Assembly: GCA_963733055.1 (NCBI GenBank)
Contig: CAVTBR010000001.1
Span: 480,001 to 544,000 of the forward strand
Source: Candidatus Bathyarchaeota archaeon
GTDB taxonomy: Archaea; Thermoproteota; Bathyarchaeia; 40CM-2-53-6
Direction: 5' to 3'
DNA length: 64,000 nucleotides
Numbering within the stretch: the first letter of the stretch is position 1; the number at the start of each line of letters is the position of its first letter. The notes under the pieces are model-generated. The model saw nothing but the letters and a program-made list of their open reading frames with translations, searched no databases and was not told the origin of the DNA. The position numbers and the translations under genes were made by a program. Of this stretch, positions 41,117 through 51,198 are shown piece after piece.

Positions 41117-41755
41117 CTATTCTCGAAACTTACGTTCGGAAACTCGTCTGATAGATGATAGGATGAGTGGGATGAACCAGAAGTAGAATCGTATCGGTTG
41201 GTTCAGGAGTTTAATGTCCCAGAATACTGGCAGTACGGTGATAGCAAATAGGGCTGTGGATATGAAGTAAATGTTCCTAACTCTCGTGTATTTCGCGAGT
41301 GACTCTTTTGGAACTAATCCCTTCTCTTCCGTGGCTAATTGCTGCGTGAATAACGCGAGAATCAGCATCAGCCCGGCCATGTCTAGGGCGTAGAGTATTG
41401 AAGCGTAGTAGAGGAATATTTCATGCGTTAGAAGGTCGAAGGTTATGTTCAGGTAGAATAGGTAAGGTTCGATCGAGACCAGAAAGAGCAATACGAGGTT
41501 GAGGGTAACGGTCCTGCTATCCTCCAATGGAAGAACCGACATTACGTTCGTATAACTCAACCAGACAGAGATCAAAATCAGGAAACCGAACCCGAACTCC
41601 GCAATGTCGATAAGGATTCCGAGTGGCTTCGGGGGAAGCCGGGTTATCAGGGGAATAGTGCTGATCGCAAGAGCAAGCCCGAATATGATGTCGGAGAGCG
41701 ACTCAATTCGGGACCTAGCAATTCGCGGCCCAGCTCGTCCCACTTTTTCGTCCAA
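41117..41755 (-). CDS. TMEM175-like (DUF1211) K+ channel, copy 1
   Basis: RIESLSDIIFGLAL signature helix; about 6 TM. Confidence 0.78.
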   Translation of the reverse strand: MDEKVGRAGPRIARSRIESLSDIIFGLALAISTIPLITRLPPKPLGILIDIAEFGFGFLILISVWLSYTNVMSVLPLEDSRTVTLNLVLLFLVSIEPYLFYLNITFDLLTHEIFLYYASILYALDMAGLMLILALFTQQLATEEKGLVPKESLAKYTRVRNIYFISTALFAITVLPVFWDIKLLNQPIRFYFWFIPLILSSIRRVSERKFRE

Positions 41756-41874
41756 GGAGCAATCAGAGTTAGTGGCCGGACTGTGTTGAAAAGATTATTG
41801 TTAACTTGACAGCTCATGGGTTCTAAGGTTTCGGTGTGAGTAGTTAACCGAACCAATACGTGAAATACAGCGGT

Positions 41875-42051
41875 TTATTGCGGCGTTGTTTCTTTCGCTC
41901 CATTCCAAACCCAATTACAGGTACAGTCTTTCTCTAAGCAACGCTTTCTTAATGGAGAAGTATTTGCGAAGTGATTGATGGCGGGGTGCCCGCAATTCTT
42001 GCAGGTCACATATTCGAGAGCTTGGATTTGAACGCTGGCTTGAGGCGACAT
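41875..42051 (-). CDS. Cys/His-rich 58-aa zinc-finger microprotein (below the ORF-track cutoff)
   Basis: MSPQASVQIQALEYVTCKNCGHPAINH...RCLEKDCTCNW... Confidence 0.55.
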   Translation of the reverse strand: MSPQASVQIQALEYVTCKNCGHPAINHFANTSPLRKRCLEKDCTCNWVWNGAKETTPQ

Positions 42052-42259
42052 GACAGATAAGCTTGCAGGGGTGTTTAATGAATTCGCACGACATCTTCAC
42101 CATAATTCAGTCGCAGAAACTCGTCACGATTTACAAATTCGTTTATTCGCGGACGCCTGTGTCAACTGGAGAAACGAGACGAAAATACGGAAGGCGGTAA
42201 ACGCTTCCGAATACTCTTATCAGTGACACGGATGCGATATCATTCAACACGGTGTTTGT

Positions 42260-42676
42260 ATGGTGTACATTTTCGACGAGGGTAGCGCCTTTGACGCTCC
42301 GATCGACAAGGTTTGGGCGTATCTCAAGTCAGATGGGCATCGGCACGACAGCCTGAAGATGCTAAGCAGGGAGATGGAAGGCAGCAATGCTGTTGTTATC
42401 ACGGCTGAAAGGAACCTTATGGGAAAAACGGTACGTAGTAAGATAAGGAATATTTTGTATCCTCCATTCGGTTTCGTACAGGAACACCTCGAAGGACCCA
42501 CGGCCGGCTCAAGGGCTTTCGTCTATTACGTTCCAAAAGGCAACAAGACGGGAGTAAGCGTGGTCGGGGATTATGTCGTTAGCGGAGCTGATGAGAAGAC
42601 AACCAAAGACGCGATCATGGCCCAATTACAAGTGTCGTTCGACGAAGACAATGCAAACTTGAAGAACATGAAATAG
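42260..42676 (+). CDS. Hypothetical protein, SRPBCC-like
   Basis: FDAPIDKVWAYL N-terminus and amphipathic C-terminal helix. Confidence 0.6.
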   Translation: MVYIFDEGSAFDAPIDKVWAYLKSDGHRHDSLKMLSREMEGSNAVVITAERNLMGKTVRSKIRNILYPPFGFVQEHLEGPTAGSRAFVYYVPKGNKTGVSVVGDYVVSGADEKTTKDAIMAQLQVSFDEDNANLKNMK

Positions 42677-42710
42677 ACCTGCTTCCTACCCTTTCTCAGC
42701 GAGAATTAGC

Positions 42711-42730
42711 GTCGCTCGAGCTCGAGCGAC
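42711..42730. repeat. Perfect 20-bp palindrome GTCGCTCGAGCTCGAGCGAC
   Basis: Direct inspection; intergenic. Confidence 0.7.
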
Positions 42731-42862
42731 CCACGCAATCGAGGACAAACAGAGTCTGTGGCGGTGTAGGGCTGTCCGGTAGACGCGAAGAGGGGAGGCA
42801 TTGTTGCGTGCGGTAAACAAGTCTTATAGCGGGTTCAATAACGTGAAGTTTGGCTTTGAACG

Positions 42863-43696
42863 TTGGGTCGAGGACGAGTCGGAGCATGGGCAGCAATATT
42901 GTTCGTAGTAACGATTCTATTGGTCCAAGTTACTGTCAGAAACGTGTACGCAACTCCGATGATTGTCGTGACACCTACCACTGTGACGCAAGGCAGCAAT
43001 TTTCAAGTCTCGGGAAACGGATTCAGCGCGAACAACAACTTTGGGGCAGTCGTTGTCTATGACAACACGGCCGATATGTGTAGCGGACTTGATATTGGCC
43101 AGTTCGTTTCGTCGGATGGTTCGGGCAACGTTGCTGCTGTAACTTTCTCTGCGAGTAGCTTCGGACTGGGAACACATTGCGTCGAAATGTCATTTACTTC
43201 CCCCGCCCAGCTGGTTGACAGCTCGGTCACCGTCAGAGCCCCGTCAACGACTAGCACATCAGTTCTCTGTTCACCCGCAACAATCGATGTCGGTTCCACA
43301 AGTTCCTGCACCGCGACAGTCTCGGGAGCGTTCGGAACAATCACTGGTGAGACGATTTCATGGTCAAGCTCCGGTGGAAACCTATACTTTTCCCCAACCA
43401 CCTGCACTTTGTCCGGGGCAACTTGCGCAGTCCAGGTTACCGGGACCCCACCTGGAGGCGGCTCTGTGTCAGCCTCGTACCCGGGTGACCCAAACAATAA
43501 CCCAAGCCAAGGCACCTCCCCCCTGACCATCGACCCCGCGCCCGCCGTCACCGTCACCGTTACGGTATTCGCAACCACGACGACCACCGTAGCGAACACA
43601 CCTGAATATCCCTTAGGCCTCCCACTACTCGCCATCTTCATGATAATCGCATACGGACTAATCAAACGCGAAACTAGAAATCAAAAGAATATGTGA
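42863..43696 (+). CDS. Secreted Ig-like surface protein with PEF-CTERM-like tail
   Basis: Signal peptide, Ig-like repeats (ASYPGD), Thr-rich linker, TPEYPLGLP-TM-KR. Confidence 0.75.
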   Translation: MGRGRVGAWAAILFVVTILLVQVTVRNVYATPMIVVTPTTVTQGSNFQVSGNGFSANNNFGAVVVYDNTADMCSGLDIGQFVSSDGSGNVAAVTFSASSFGLGTHCVEMSFTSPAQLVDSSVTVRAPSTTSTSVLCSPATIDVGSTSSCTATVSGAFGTITGETISWSSSGGNLYFSPTTCTLSGATCAVQVTGTPPGGGSVSASYPGDPNNNPSQGTSPLTIDPAPAVTVTVTVFATTTTTVANTPEYPLGLPLLAIFMIIAYGLIKRETRNQKNM

Positions 43697-43760
43697 GTCA
43701 ACTTTCCCTTCCAAGAATCGTCGTTCGCAGGTCACGAAGAGGTACCGTTGCTAACGAGAG

Positions 43761-44714
43761 TTAGTGGCGTCTGTAGGGTTGTCCGGTGAAGGTGAAGGTT
43801 TTGAAGAGTTCGTAGACTTTGTCTGGGATGCCTTCGACGACGTTGAGGCCTATGGCTCGGGCTACGTCGAGGGTGATGGGTGTTGCGTGGGACATGTAGC
43901 CGCGGGCTAGGAAGTCTGCGACGCGTTCCGCCTGTTCCTTATCCATCTTCCCCTGCAAGAGCCACATTACGAATGCTTTTGCGTTCTCTATTTCCAAGTT
44001 GGCCACATCCGACATTATGACCATGCGGTCGGTGATGTTCTGGATCGGTTTCGTCTTCGCTAGGGTGGTGATGGAGCCGGCTGGGTACATGCCGTCGGGG
44101 GTTGGAATCTGGGGGTCCACGGGCCCGAGAACGCTGTACTTCTCCATGCGAATTTCGCCGGCTGCCAGGGTCATTAGTGAACCGCCGGACATGGCGTAGA
44201 AGGGGACCATGACGGTAACTTTGGCTGGATGGAATTTAATTGCCATAGCCATCATCTGAGCCGCTAACGCGTAACCTCCGGGGGTGTGGATGATGAAATC
44301 CACGGGGGTGTCGGGTGGAATTTTACGCATCTTCTGAAGAATCGTCTCAGTATCCTCAATCCCAATCTCCACGTCTCCGCCCGGCTCGGTCCAAAGTTCC
44401 TTCTTGTGAATCATCGTAAGAACCCTAGTCCCACGCTCCTTCTCCAGGTCCTCAATGATTCTCTGACGCCACGCTAAGATTCCTGCTTTGGTGGTGGGCC
44501 GTTTGAATTCTGTCGGAGTTTCCCTTGGGCTTAACGCTCCCTCCACTTCCTCAGATGATTCCGTTTCTTCTTCTTTCTCGTCTGCTTCCTCGTCTTCGGA
44601 TCCACGCTTTCCGCTGGGTGGGTTGATTTTGCGAAGCGTATAGAGGAGCGCGGCTGAATTGATGGTGGTTATTGCTAGTAGGCCTAGTCCGAGGAAAAGC
44701 TCCGCATCATCCAA
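43761..44714 (-). CDS. SDH-family Clp-fold serine protease (predicted active)
   Basis: HTPGG, AMSGGS, LGPVDPQ, SHATPI; N-terminal TM and acidic linker. Confidence 0.85.
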   Translation of the reverse strand: MDDAELFLGLGLLAITTINSAALLYTLRKINPPSGKRGSEDEEADEKEEETESSEEVEGALSPRETPTEFKRPTTKAGILAWRQRIIEDLEKERGTRVLTMIHKKELWTEPGGDVEIGIEDTETILQKMRKIPPDTPVDFIIHTPGGYALAAQMMAMAIKFHPAKVTVMVPFYAMSGGSLMTLAAGEIRMEKYSVLGPVDPQIPTPDGMYPAGSITTLAKTKPIQNITDRMVIMSDVANLEIENAKAFVMWLLQGKMDKEQAERVADFLARGYMSHATPITLDVARAIGLNVVEGIPDKVYELFKTFTFTGQPYRRH

Positions 44715-44726
44715 CCTAGGTCCCTT

Positions 44727-45647
44727 TCACTGGTATTGTTTGCCTGGCCTGAGGCCGCCTGTGAATTCGATGGTCTCGAAGAGTTGGTGAACTTTCTCAG
44801 GCACACCCTCCACAACGTTCAACCCGATAGCACGCGCCACGTCCAACGTGATGGGTGTGCTACTGGACATGAAGCCTCCAACTAGGAAGTTGGCTACCTG
44901 TCCCGCTTGTTCTTCGTTCATGTGATCGCTCAAGAGCCATTTCACGAATTCTCTTGCGTTTTCCTCCTCCATGCGTGCGGATTCGGCTAGGAGGATGGTT
45001 CGGTCGGAGATGGTTTCGATGGGTTTACGCTTCAGGATGCCCATGACCGAGGTGGCTGGCATGTCGTCGATTAGGGGCTCTAGGGGGGCTAGGATGCTGC
45101 ATTTCTCCATCATGATCTCGTCCGCGGCCAAGACGACGTATGTGCCGTCGGACATGGCATAGAACGGAACCATAACCGTCACCTTCGCCTTATGATACCT
45201 CAACGCCATGGAAATGAGGTCCGCAGCGAACGTTAACCCGCCTTCCGTGTGTACGATGAAGTCTATCGGCTTATCCGGCGGAGTCTCCCGCACCTGTTGA
45301 AGTATTAATTCTGAATCCTCAAACCCAATCTCGGGCTCATCATCGCTAGCGCTCCAAGGCTCCTTACGGTGAATCAGAGTCAGAACTCTGGACCCACGCT
45401 CCTCCTCCAACTCATGAACCAACTGAGCCCTCCGAGCAAGAATCGCCTCTTTCGAAGGAGCCTTGTCTGCTTCATCACCTTCAGCCTCATCCTCATCCTC
45501 GTCTTCATCATCACCCCCCTGTGTCGCAGGGCTAGGTGCTTGTGGGATCTGCCAGAAACGGCGAATCACAAAGAGATTCGTCAACGAACTAAGTGAAGCC
45601 ACTACGACTATCGCTACAGCAAGCAGAAGGTCCAGCTCTTCCATCAC
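44727..45647 (-). CDS. SDH-family Clp-fold protease paralogue (degenerate triad)
   Basis: HTEGG, AMSDGT, LAPLEP, SSSTPI; same architecture as its neighbour. Confidence 0.82.
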   Translation of the reverse strand: MMEELDLLLAVAIVVVASLSSLTNLFVIRRFWQIPQAPSPATQGGDDEDEDEDEAEGDEADKAPSKEAILARRAQLVHELEEERGSRVLTLIHRKEPWSASDDEPEIGFEDSELILQQVRETPPDKPIDFIVHTEGGLTFAADLISMALRYHKAKVTVMVPFYAMSDGTYVVLAADEIMMEKCSILAPLEPLIDDMPATSVMGILKRKPIETISDRTILLAESARMEEENAREFVKWLLSDHMNEEQAGQVANFLVGGFMSSSTPITLDVARAIGLNVVEGVPEKVHQLFETIEFTGGLRPGKQYQ

Positions 45648-45749
45648 GCTTCACTTGTAACCGCGTCGCAAAATCTAGGTGAGAGTGTACCCTTGGAATC
45701 TAAAGGTTTTCGTGTATGGAGGACTATTACCTGCTGGAGAACCGCGGCC

Positions 45750-45771
45750 ATCTGATGTTGCGCACACACAC
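45750..45771 (+). repeat. Intergenic palindrome family, core plus right arm
   Basis: ATCTGATGTTGCGCACACACAC. Confidence 0.6.
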
Positions 45772-46105
45772 TACAATCACAACCGCAGAACTCAGTCTTG
45801 TCGTAGTCCTTTCAAACTACGCTGTGCGCCGGACGCTCGCGTAGAAACCTCCACTTCGGTTTGGCGGTTGGGATTCTCGTTGTTTAGCGCAAAACTAATG
45901 GCTTTCACCATACCAATACTGTGGCTGATGACAGGCGCATCTATGGAGAAGGCAATGTTACTTCTATCTTGTGTCCTTTGGGTAGAAATGACTCTGTCGA
46001 AAAGCGCGGACTTCAAGATTTGCCATGATACCCAGCGTAGTTCTTTCAGACTATGCTGAGTGAAAATAGTTCATTCCGAATGTTTACATTTCTGGGAAAG
46101 TCGTC

Positions 46106-46621
46106 ATGGACGAATCAACTCTTGCTGGACTTTCGATAATTACTGGATTTTTGGCGACCTTCTTAGGTGTAATTCTTGGCTTCGAACTAGAACGTTATCG
46201 TGATGCGCAAGCTCGGAAGGAAAGGCTCATGGGAGCTCTGCAAATGATGCGGGACGAGATAGAGCGCAACATCTCATTATGCAATCAGATTCATGACGAA
46301 CTATCCGCCAATGGCGCCTTTGTCCAATACTACAACCTGAAGACTACTACTTGGCAGGCTGTTTCAAGCGCTCTAATAGATCTCAAATCACCCGATCTAG
46401 CAAAGCAAATAGCAAATGAATACTTCGATTACGAACATCTCAAGAGAAGAATTGATGCAAGATTCGAATTCTTCAAATCGGGTGACCCCTCAAATGTACT
46501 CCAATCCAAAGCTTTCGCGGTGCTAACTGGCTCTGTGATGATAGGGGTAAAATCTCTCCAAGTCAGCGGCAAGAATGTGTTGGACGCAATCGATAAACAG
46601 CTTACCGAATTGAAATCCTAA
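46106..46621 (+). CDS. Hypothetical protein with N-terminal TM
   Basis: Hydrophobic N-terminus followed by a helical domain; no family recognised. Confidence 0.7.
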   Translation: MDESTLAGLSIITGFLATFLGVILGFELERYRDAQARKERLMGALQMMRDEIERNISLCNQIHDELSANGAFVQYYNLKTTTWQAVSSALIDLKSPDLAKQIANEYFDYEHLKRRIDARFEFFKSGDPSNVLQSKAFAVLTGSVMIGVKSLQVSGKNVLDAIDKQLTELKS

Positions 46622-46636
46622 GCAATCAGAACTGCA

Positions 46637-46665
46637 TGTGCAGGACTACATTATGATGCACGCAC
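46637..46665 (+). repeat. Intergenic palindrome family, degenerate copy
   Basis: TGTGCAGGACTACATTATGATGCACGCAC. Confidence 0.4.
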
Positions 46666-47228
46666 TATGTTTCATTACTTATTTCCTTGCGTCGCGCAAA
46701 GAATTCGGTTCCCACATCCCATCCTTTACCCTCGTCCTTAGATGACCGCCCTCTCCAGTGAAAAGACTTGGGAGTGATTTCCGAGAAGATCCATTGGTTC
46801 AACGTTCCATCTGCTTCGCGGTATTCCTGGACGATGTCATCCTCGACCTTGCGGCCGATCATGGTGTTGTAGATTTGCGTGATCGGGTTGACCCAGAAAA
46901 TGTGCCAAGCATTGATGTTCGGGTCGTAGACCCGTAGCGTTGTGCCGTAGGTGTTGCGTGTTGTCGTAATGGTTTTCCTTGCGTTTCGTGGTGGGGATAT
47001 CCAGACGTCTTGAATTGCGCGCCCTTCCAGTACCCATCCGAAATGCACCTCCCCGACTCCCTCCTCTCGCGTACCATCTGGGTCGCAATCGACGAACCGT
47101 AGGTCCCATGAACCCACGAATTGTCCGTAGAGCATCATTTTCTCCGCCCGGTCAGACGCGGCACCCTCAAAGCTGAGAGCTTCCAGGAAACGGTTGACGT
47201 GGACCGATTGTTCAGCCATGTCGGCCAC
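46665..47228 (-). CDS. DUF1579-like beta-barrel protein, copy 1
   Basis: GQFVGSWD, FGWVLEGRAIQDVW, GTTLRVYDP, WIFSEI..SFHW. Confidence 0.7.
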   Translation of the reverse strand: MADMAEQSVHVNRFLEALSFEGAASDRAEKMMLYGQFVGSWDLRFVDCDPDGTREEGVGEVHFGWVLEGRAIQDVWISPPRNARKTITTTRNTYGTTLRVYDPNINAWHIFWVNPITQIYNTMIGRKVEDDIVQEYREADGTLNQWIFSEITPKSFHWRGRSSKDEGKGWDVGTEFFARRKEISNET

Positions 47229-47609
47229 TTAGGCGAAGAGTTCGATCCATATCCCGTTCGGATCCTGAATGTACGCCCACCTGCTCGACGGAGTCTTCAT
47301 GTCAAGAACGAGGGGATATCCGGCTTTCCCAGCCTCCTCCGCGGCCTTGTCCAAGTCGTCCACTTGGAAAGCGAGGTGGTCCACACCCTCCCCGACCAGG
47401 TATTCCGTGTTGAACTTACTACCCTTACCGTAGTAATTCAACTCCAGAACGGGCCCGCCTTCATCCGTCGTCAACGTTACGGTTTCCCCATTCGTCTGCT
47501 CGATCTTACTTCTCCCGCCCTCCTTCATACCTAGAACCTTCGTGTAGAAATCAACCGACTTCTCCAAGTCCTTCACTCGGATGCCAGTGTACGTGAATTT
47601 GGTTTTCAT
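47229..47609 (-). CDS. VOC/lactoylglutathione lyase-like protein
   Basis: GIRVKDLEKSVDFYTKVLGM, LELNY, DHLAF, DPNGIWIEL. Confidence 0.88.
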   Translation of the reverse strand: MKTKFTYTGIRVKDLEKSVDFYTKVLGMKEGGRSKIEQTNGETVTLTTDEGGPVLELNYYGKGSKFNTEYLVGEGVDHLAFQVDDLDKAAEEAGKAGYPLVLDMKTPSSRWAYIQDPNGIWIELFA

Positions 47610-47692
47610 TTCACATCAACAGCCCGCTTATGGGTTGTTCTCAGCATAAGCCTACTGCCGTCAAACATCGGTACTCTCGACCCATCTGTCGG

Positions 47693-47710
47693 GTGGTGCG
47701 TGCGCACACC
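47693..47710 (+). repeat. Intergenic palindrome family, right half
   Basis: GTGGTGCGTGCGCACACC. Confidence 0.5.
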
Positions 47711-47784
47711 CAAAGGTACTCACGAACGGCCGGTTCGAGGAATCCTAACCGATTTGAAGCGCGGCTCCTCCTAGGAGTCTGAAG

Positions 47785-48075
47785 TCATCTCTCAACTCTT
47801 GTAATTACTAATATGAGCAGTATGGTTGTGGCAATTACGAGGAGTACTAGTAGGATTCGGTTTCTTTCCCATATCACGAATTTCGCGTTGAGTCGCGTGA
47901 AGGGATTGCGTGACTTTAGCATTCGAAAGAGTATGATGGCCTCTTCTCTATTGAATACTCCGTTGTCTACCCGAATCTCACCAGTTGTGCTCTTTTCGAA
48001 TCGATGGTGCCCGACCCAAAAGGGATTGGGGTACTTGCTGTTTACCCATAGGTCAAATTCGTCTTGCAGTGACAA
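47785..48075 (-). CDS. Small protein with C-terminal TM
   Basis: 96 aa with a hydrophobic C-terminus; directly downstream of the UPF0182 gene. Confidence 0.6.
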   Translation of the reverse strand: MSLQDEFDLWVNSKYPNPFWVGHHRFEKSTTGEIRVDNGVFNREEAIILFRMLKSRNPFTRLNAKFVIWERNRILLVLLVIATTILLILVITRVER

Positions 48076-48086
48076 CGTACTTGCGC

Positions 48087-50835
48087 CTACGTGATCCGGA
48101 CGCTAATGTAGTAGAGTTTTACAACCCCGCTTGTTGCGACGAGCACGCCAAAGTTGAGATTGCCATCTGAGGTAGTCCAGTAGTAGACCTCCGACACGTT
48201 GTACTTCTGACAATAATTGGTGATGAAATGGTTGACCGTGGCGTTGATGGAGGTCCACTGTGTTTCGTCTGTGTAGGTGATGTTGGCGATTCGGATTTCG
48301 ACGTTGGCGTTGATCTGGCTTGGGTTGATTAGTGAATATCCCTTCTCGGTGAATAACGAGTCAAGCTTGTTTACACGCTCCCCAGAACCGAGTATGAGGG
48401 GAGTTCCGCCGGAGATCGCGGAGTATGCTTGCGATGAATCCTGCGCCAACCGCAACTTTGGCGCCGGTCGTGGCGTCGACTACTGCAATAAACGCCATTT
48501 TCGTGATTACAGCGTTCTCGACTTGAGTGTTGATGTAAACGGGGATGAAGTAGTAGAGGTGGTTGCCGATCAGATACAGCAGTATGTTGCCGAGCCTATA
48601 GTTCGGCAGCAGGGTTAGCTGTGTCCGCACGTAATCGTCTGTCTCAACCGCTTGCAGGGCGGCAGACGGCCCGATAAGTTGAGTCGTCGAGTTGGATATT
48701 CTGTAAAGATTCAACCTGCCAAGTTGGTCGCTTCCGTATGCTATGAACATCCCTGCGAGGTTCTTGCCGGGGGATGATTGATACTCTACCAGTTGTAGTC
48801 CTACGAAGTCTGTGCGGTTTCCGAAGGTTTCAAGGACGTATAGTACTTCTGTGGATGCTGGCCGCTCGTAGAAATCAGATCCTGATCGCCAAATGAACGG
48901 GTCGCTCACGTGATACTGGAAAGCCACGTCCAGTTGTCCGGGGTTAGTGGAGGTTCCAAGTAGATCCTCAGGGTAACGGAGTTGACTAACGAGCCAGTTC
49001 GGCGGCGCTTTCCAGGAGGAGTAGTATTGTCTGTAGAAGTCGACCAGGAAGCCGTATGGTTTCGCAACGACGTAGGGATACATTTGACCGTTCTCCATAT
49101 CAACAAGAACCACGCCGAAGAATCGGAGGTAGTTACTCCCGGAGAATCCGGATTGGATCGGGTAGTTCGTATAGACTTGCACGCAGTAATAGATGCGGCT
49201 ACCGTCTGTGACGAGGTAGCTTGCGCTGTCCGTAGTTAAGCCACTGATCAGGATGTCTTGGACCCTCTGGTAAACATCGCGATTGTGCAGCATCATAATA
49301 CTATCCTGGGGAGGGCTGAAGGCGAAGCCGACTTGGCCTTCTTTCACGAGGAACCACAACATCCGTTGCCAGCCCGAGAGTGTATAGTCAGGAGCGCCTG
49401 TATAGGAGGCATTTCCGATCTCATCGAATCCTTTGACGTGAACGTAGACATCGTCAGATAATGCCTCGCCATAGTAGATCAAAGGCTCCTGTTTGACACC
49501 GAAGGCGTCCGGTACTGATGTGTAGTCGCCTGTGTGGCTGTCGATTACAATGATTCTGGCTGCATGAGTGTAGATCAGGTGATGGCTAATCCAGTCGCTG
49601 GTTGGATAGTTGATTGTTGTGGGGGCAGCCCAGTACTCGTGGCCGTTAAGGTAGATTATCTGCGAAGCGCTGAGCTGCATCCAATTGACGCCTATCTGGT
49701 TTATCATCTTCGTGTACGATGCGTCGTGATCCCACTGTCGTACGAGCGAGACGATTGTGCTAGTGTTCCCTGAGGGAAGGCTTGAGAGGGGCTCAGTTGT
49801 GATGTTCTGGATACCTGCCGCCCATCGCGTCACGTCGATTTGCTTATTCGTCATAGGAATCCATTCATAGCTGGTCCAGTTGTTGTTCCAGTTGAGCGAG
49901 TAGCCTGCGACGAATCCCATGTTCACGATGAGTGTGCCGAGTAAGAGCACGGTGACGAGGTATAGGATCCATCGTTTGCGTCGTGCCATGCCGATTGTTC
50001 GTCTAATGAATCCGAAATGGAAAGACGCTGCGATAACCAGGAAGCTGACGAAGATTGTGACGGCGATTAGATAATCGTTGGGTGTCGCAATATTCATTGC
50101 CCAATAGGGTGCGCCCGCGATCGCTACAAGCACAATTAGGGCGAGGATGAGGAATAGGTCTCTCGACCACGCATTCGTCTTGAGTCGAGTGAAGTCGCGG
50201 ATGAACATCAAAATAAGCCTGAGGGTTGCTACGAGGACGATTGCAGCTACGATTTCGTAGATGAGGTGGTACTGAACCTCCATTGTGGGCATCAACGCCA
50301 CAAGCTCGGGCCCGGAAGCAGGAGACAATGGGAGTTGAAACACCCTCAGGACCTGGCCCCAGTTCCCCATCCCACTCTGAAGCATCGTGATCACAATCGT
50401 AAAATTACCAAGGCCCGGGATCCCATTCGCTGACGCGATCATCACGAAGGCAACAGCCCACTTGATCACCTGCCAAAGCAGCCATGCAACTTTGCCAGGG
50501 CCCAGCGAGACGGTCTTCTCTTCACCTCTGGCACGCGCGAACGTTCCTCCAAGTGCTGAAAGTGCCTCGAAGAGATGGCTTCTCCTTGGTATTGGATTGA
50601 TGAAGAGAAGCGCGAGAACACCGGCTACTATGAAGGTGCTATTGTGATAGAAGTCAATCGTGAACCAGTTGAGGCCTGCCTTAGAAGCGTACATGGACTG
50701 GAGAACGATCCAGTTCAAGTAAACCGACAACCCAGATACTATCACGCCCACGAAAACTACGGCTACAATGCTCCAGCCAATGAACCCGAAGAGACGCGGA
50801 GGCGGCGTAGATCTTTCCATAAACGCAGACCGCAA
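48087..50835 (-). CDS. UPF0182 family membrane protein (frameshift near 48440)
   Basis: N-terminal TMs, HLIYTH, IYYGE, LRYPEDL, GNILLY..LYYFIPVY; 48087-48455 continues it in the adjacent frame. Confidence 0.82.
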
Positions 50836-50945
50836 TTAGAATTAGCAAAACACGGCTATATCAACTTGAACGCATTACTTGACAACCAAGGGGAGATTGA
50901 ATTGTTCACGAAAATAACTCGGAGGTTGGAGCATGTGATGCACGT

Positions 50946-51070
50946 TCATCGGTAGTCAGGGTTACGGTTTCCTCTTTCAGCTGTTCGATCTTTCTTCAAG
51001 CGTTCTCCTTCATACCCAGAACTTTGATGTCGAAGTTGACGGATTTCTCTAGGTCCTTCACTCTGATGCC
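50946..51070 (-). pseudogene. Decayed duplicate of the 5' part of the VOC gene at 47229-47609
   Basis: GIRVKDLEKSVNFDIKVLGMKENA*RKIEQLKEETVTLTTDE versus GIRVKDLEKSVDFYTKVLGMKEGGRSKIEQTNGETVTLTTDE; internal stop and start codon deleted. Confidence 0.85.
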
Positions 51071-51114
51071 TGCTGCCGTCAAGCATCGGTACTCCCTATC
51101 GACTCCGCTGACGG

Positions 51115-51129
51115 GTGGTGCGCACGCAC
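51115..51129 (+). repeat. Intergenic palindrome family, right half
   Basis: GTGGTGCGCACGCAC. Confidence 0.55.
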
Positions 51130-51198
51130 GCTAAGAATCAGTAAACCTTTCGGACTTTGGAGCGTTAGCTATAGAGTTGAATCACTGTTAGCTTTTAA

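Noticed and set aside
45679-46059. ORFs 45679-46059(+) and 45792-46016(-)
   Set aside because: No recognisable motifs; the plus-strand ORF reads through a repeat copy, so the region is probably non-coding or decayed.
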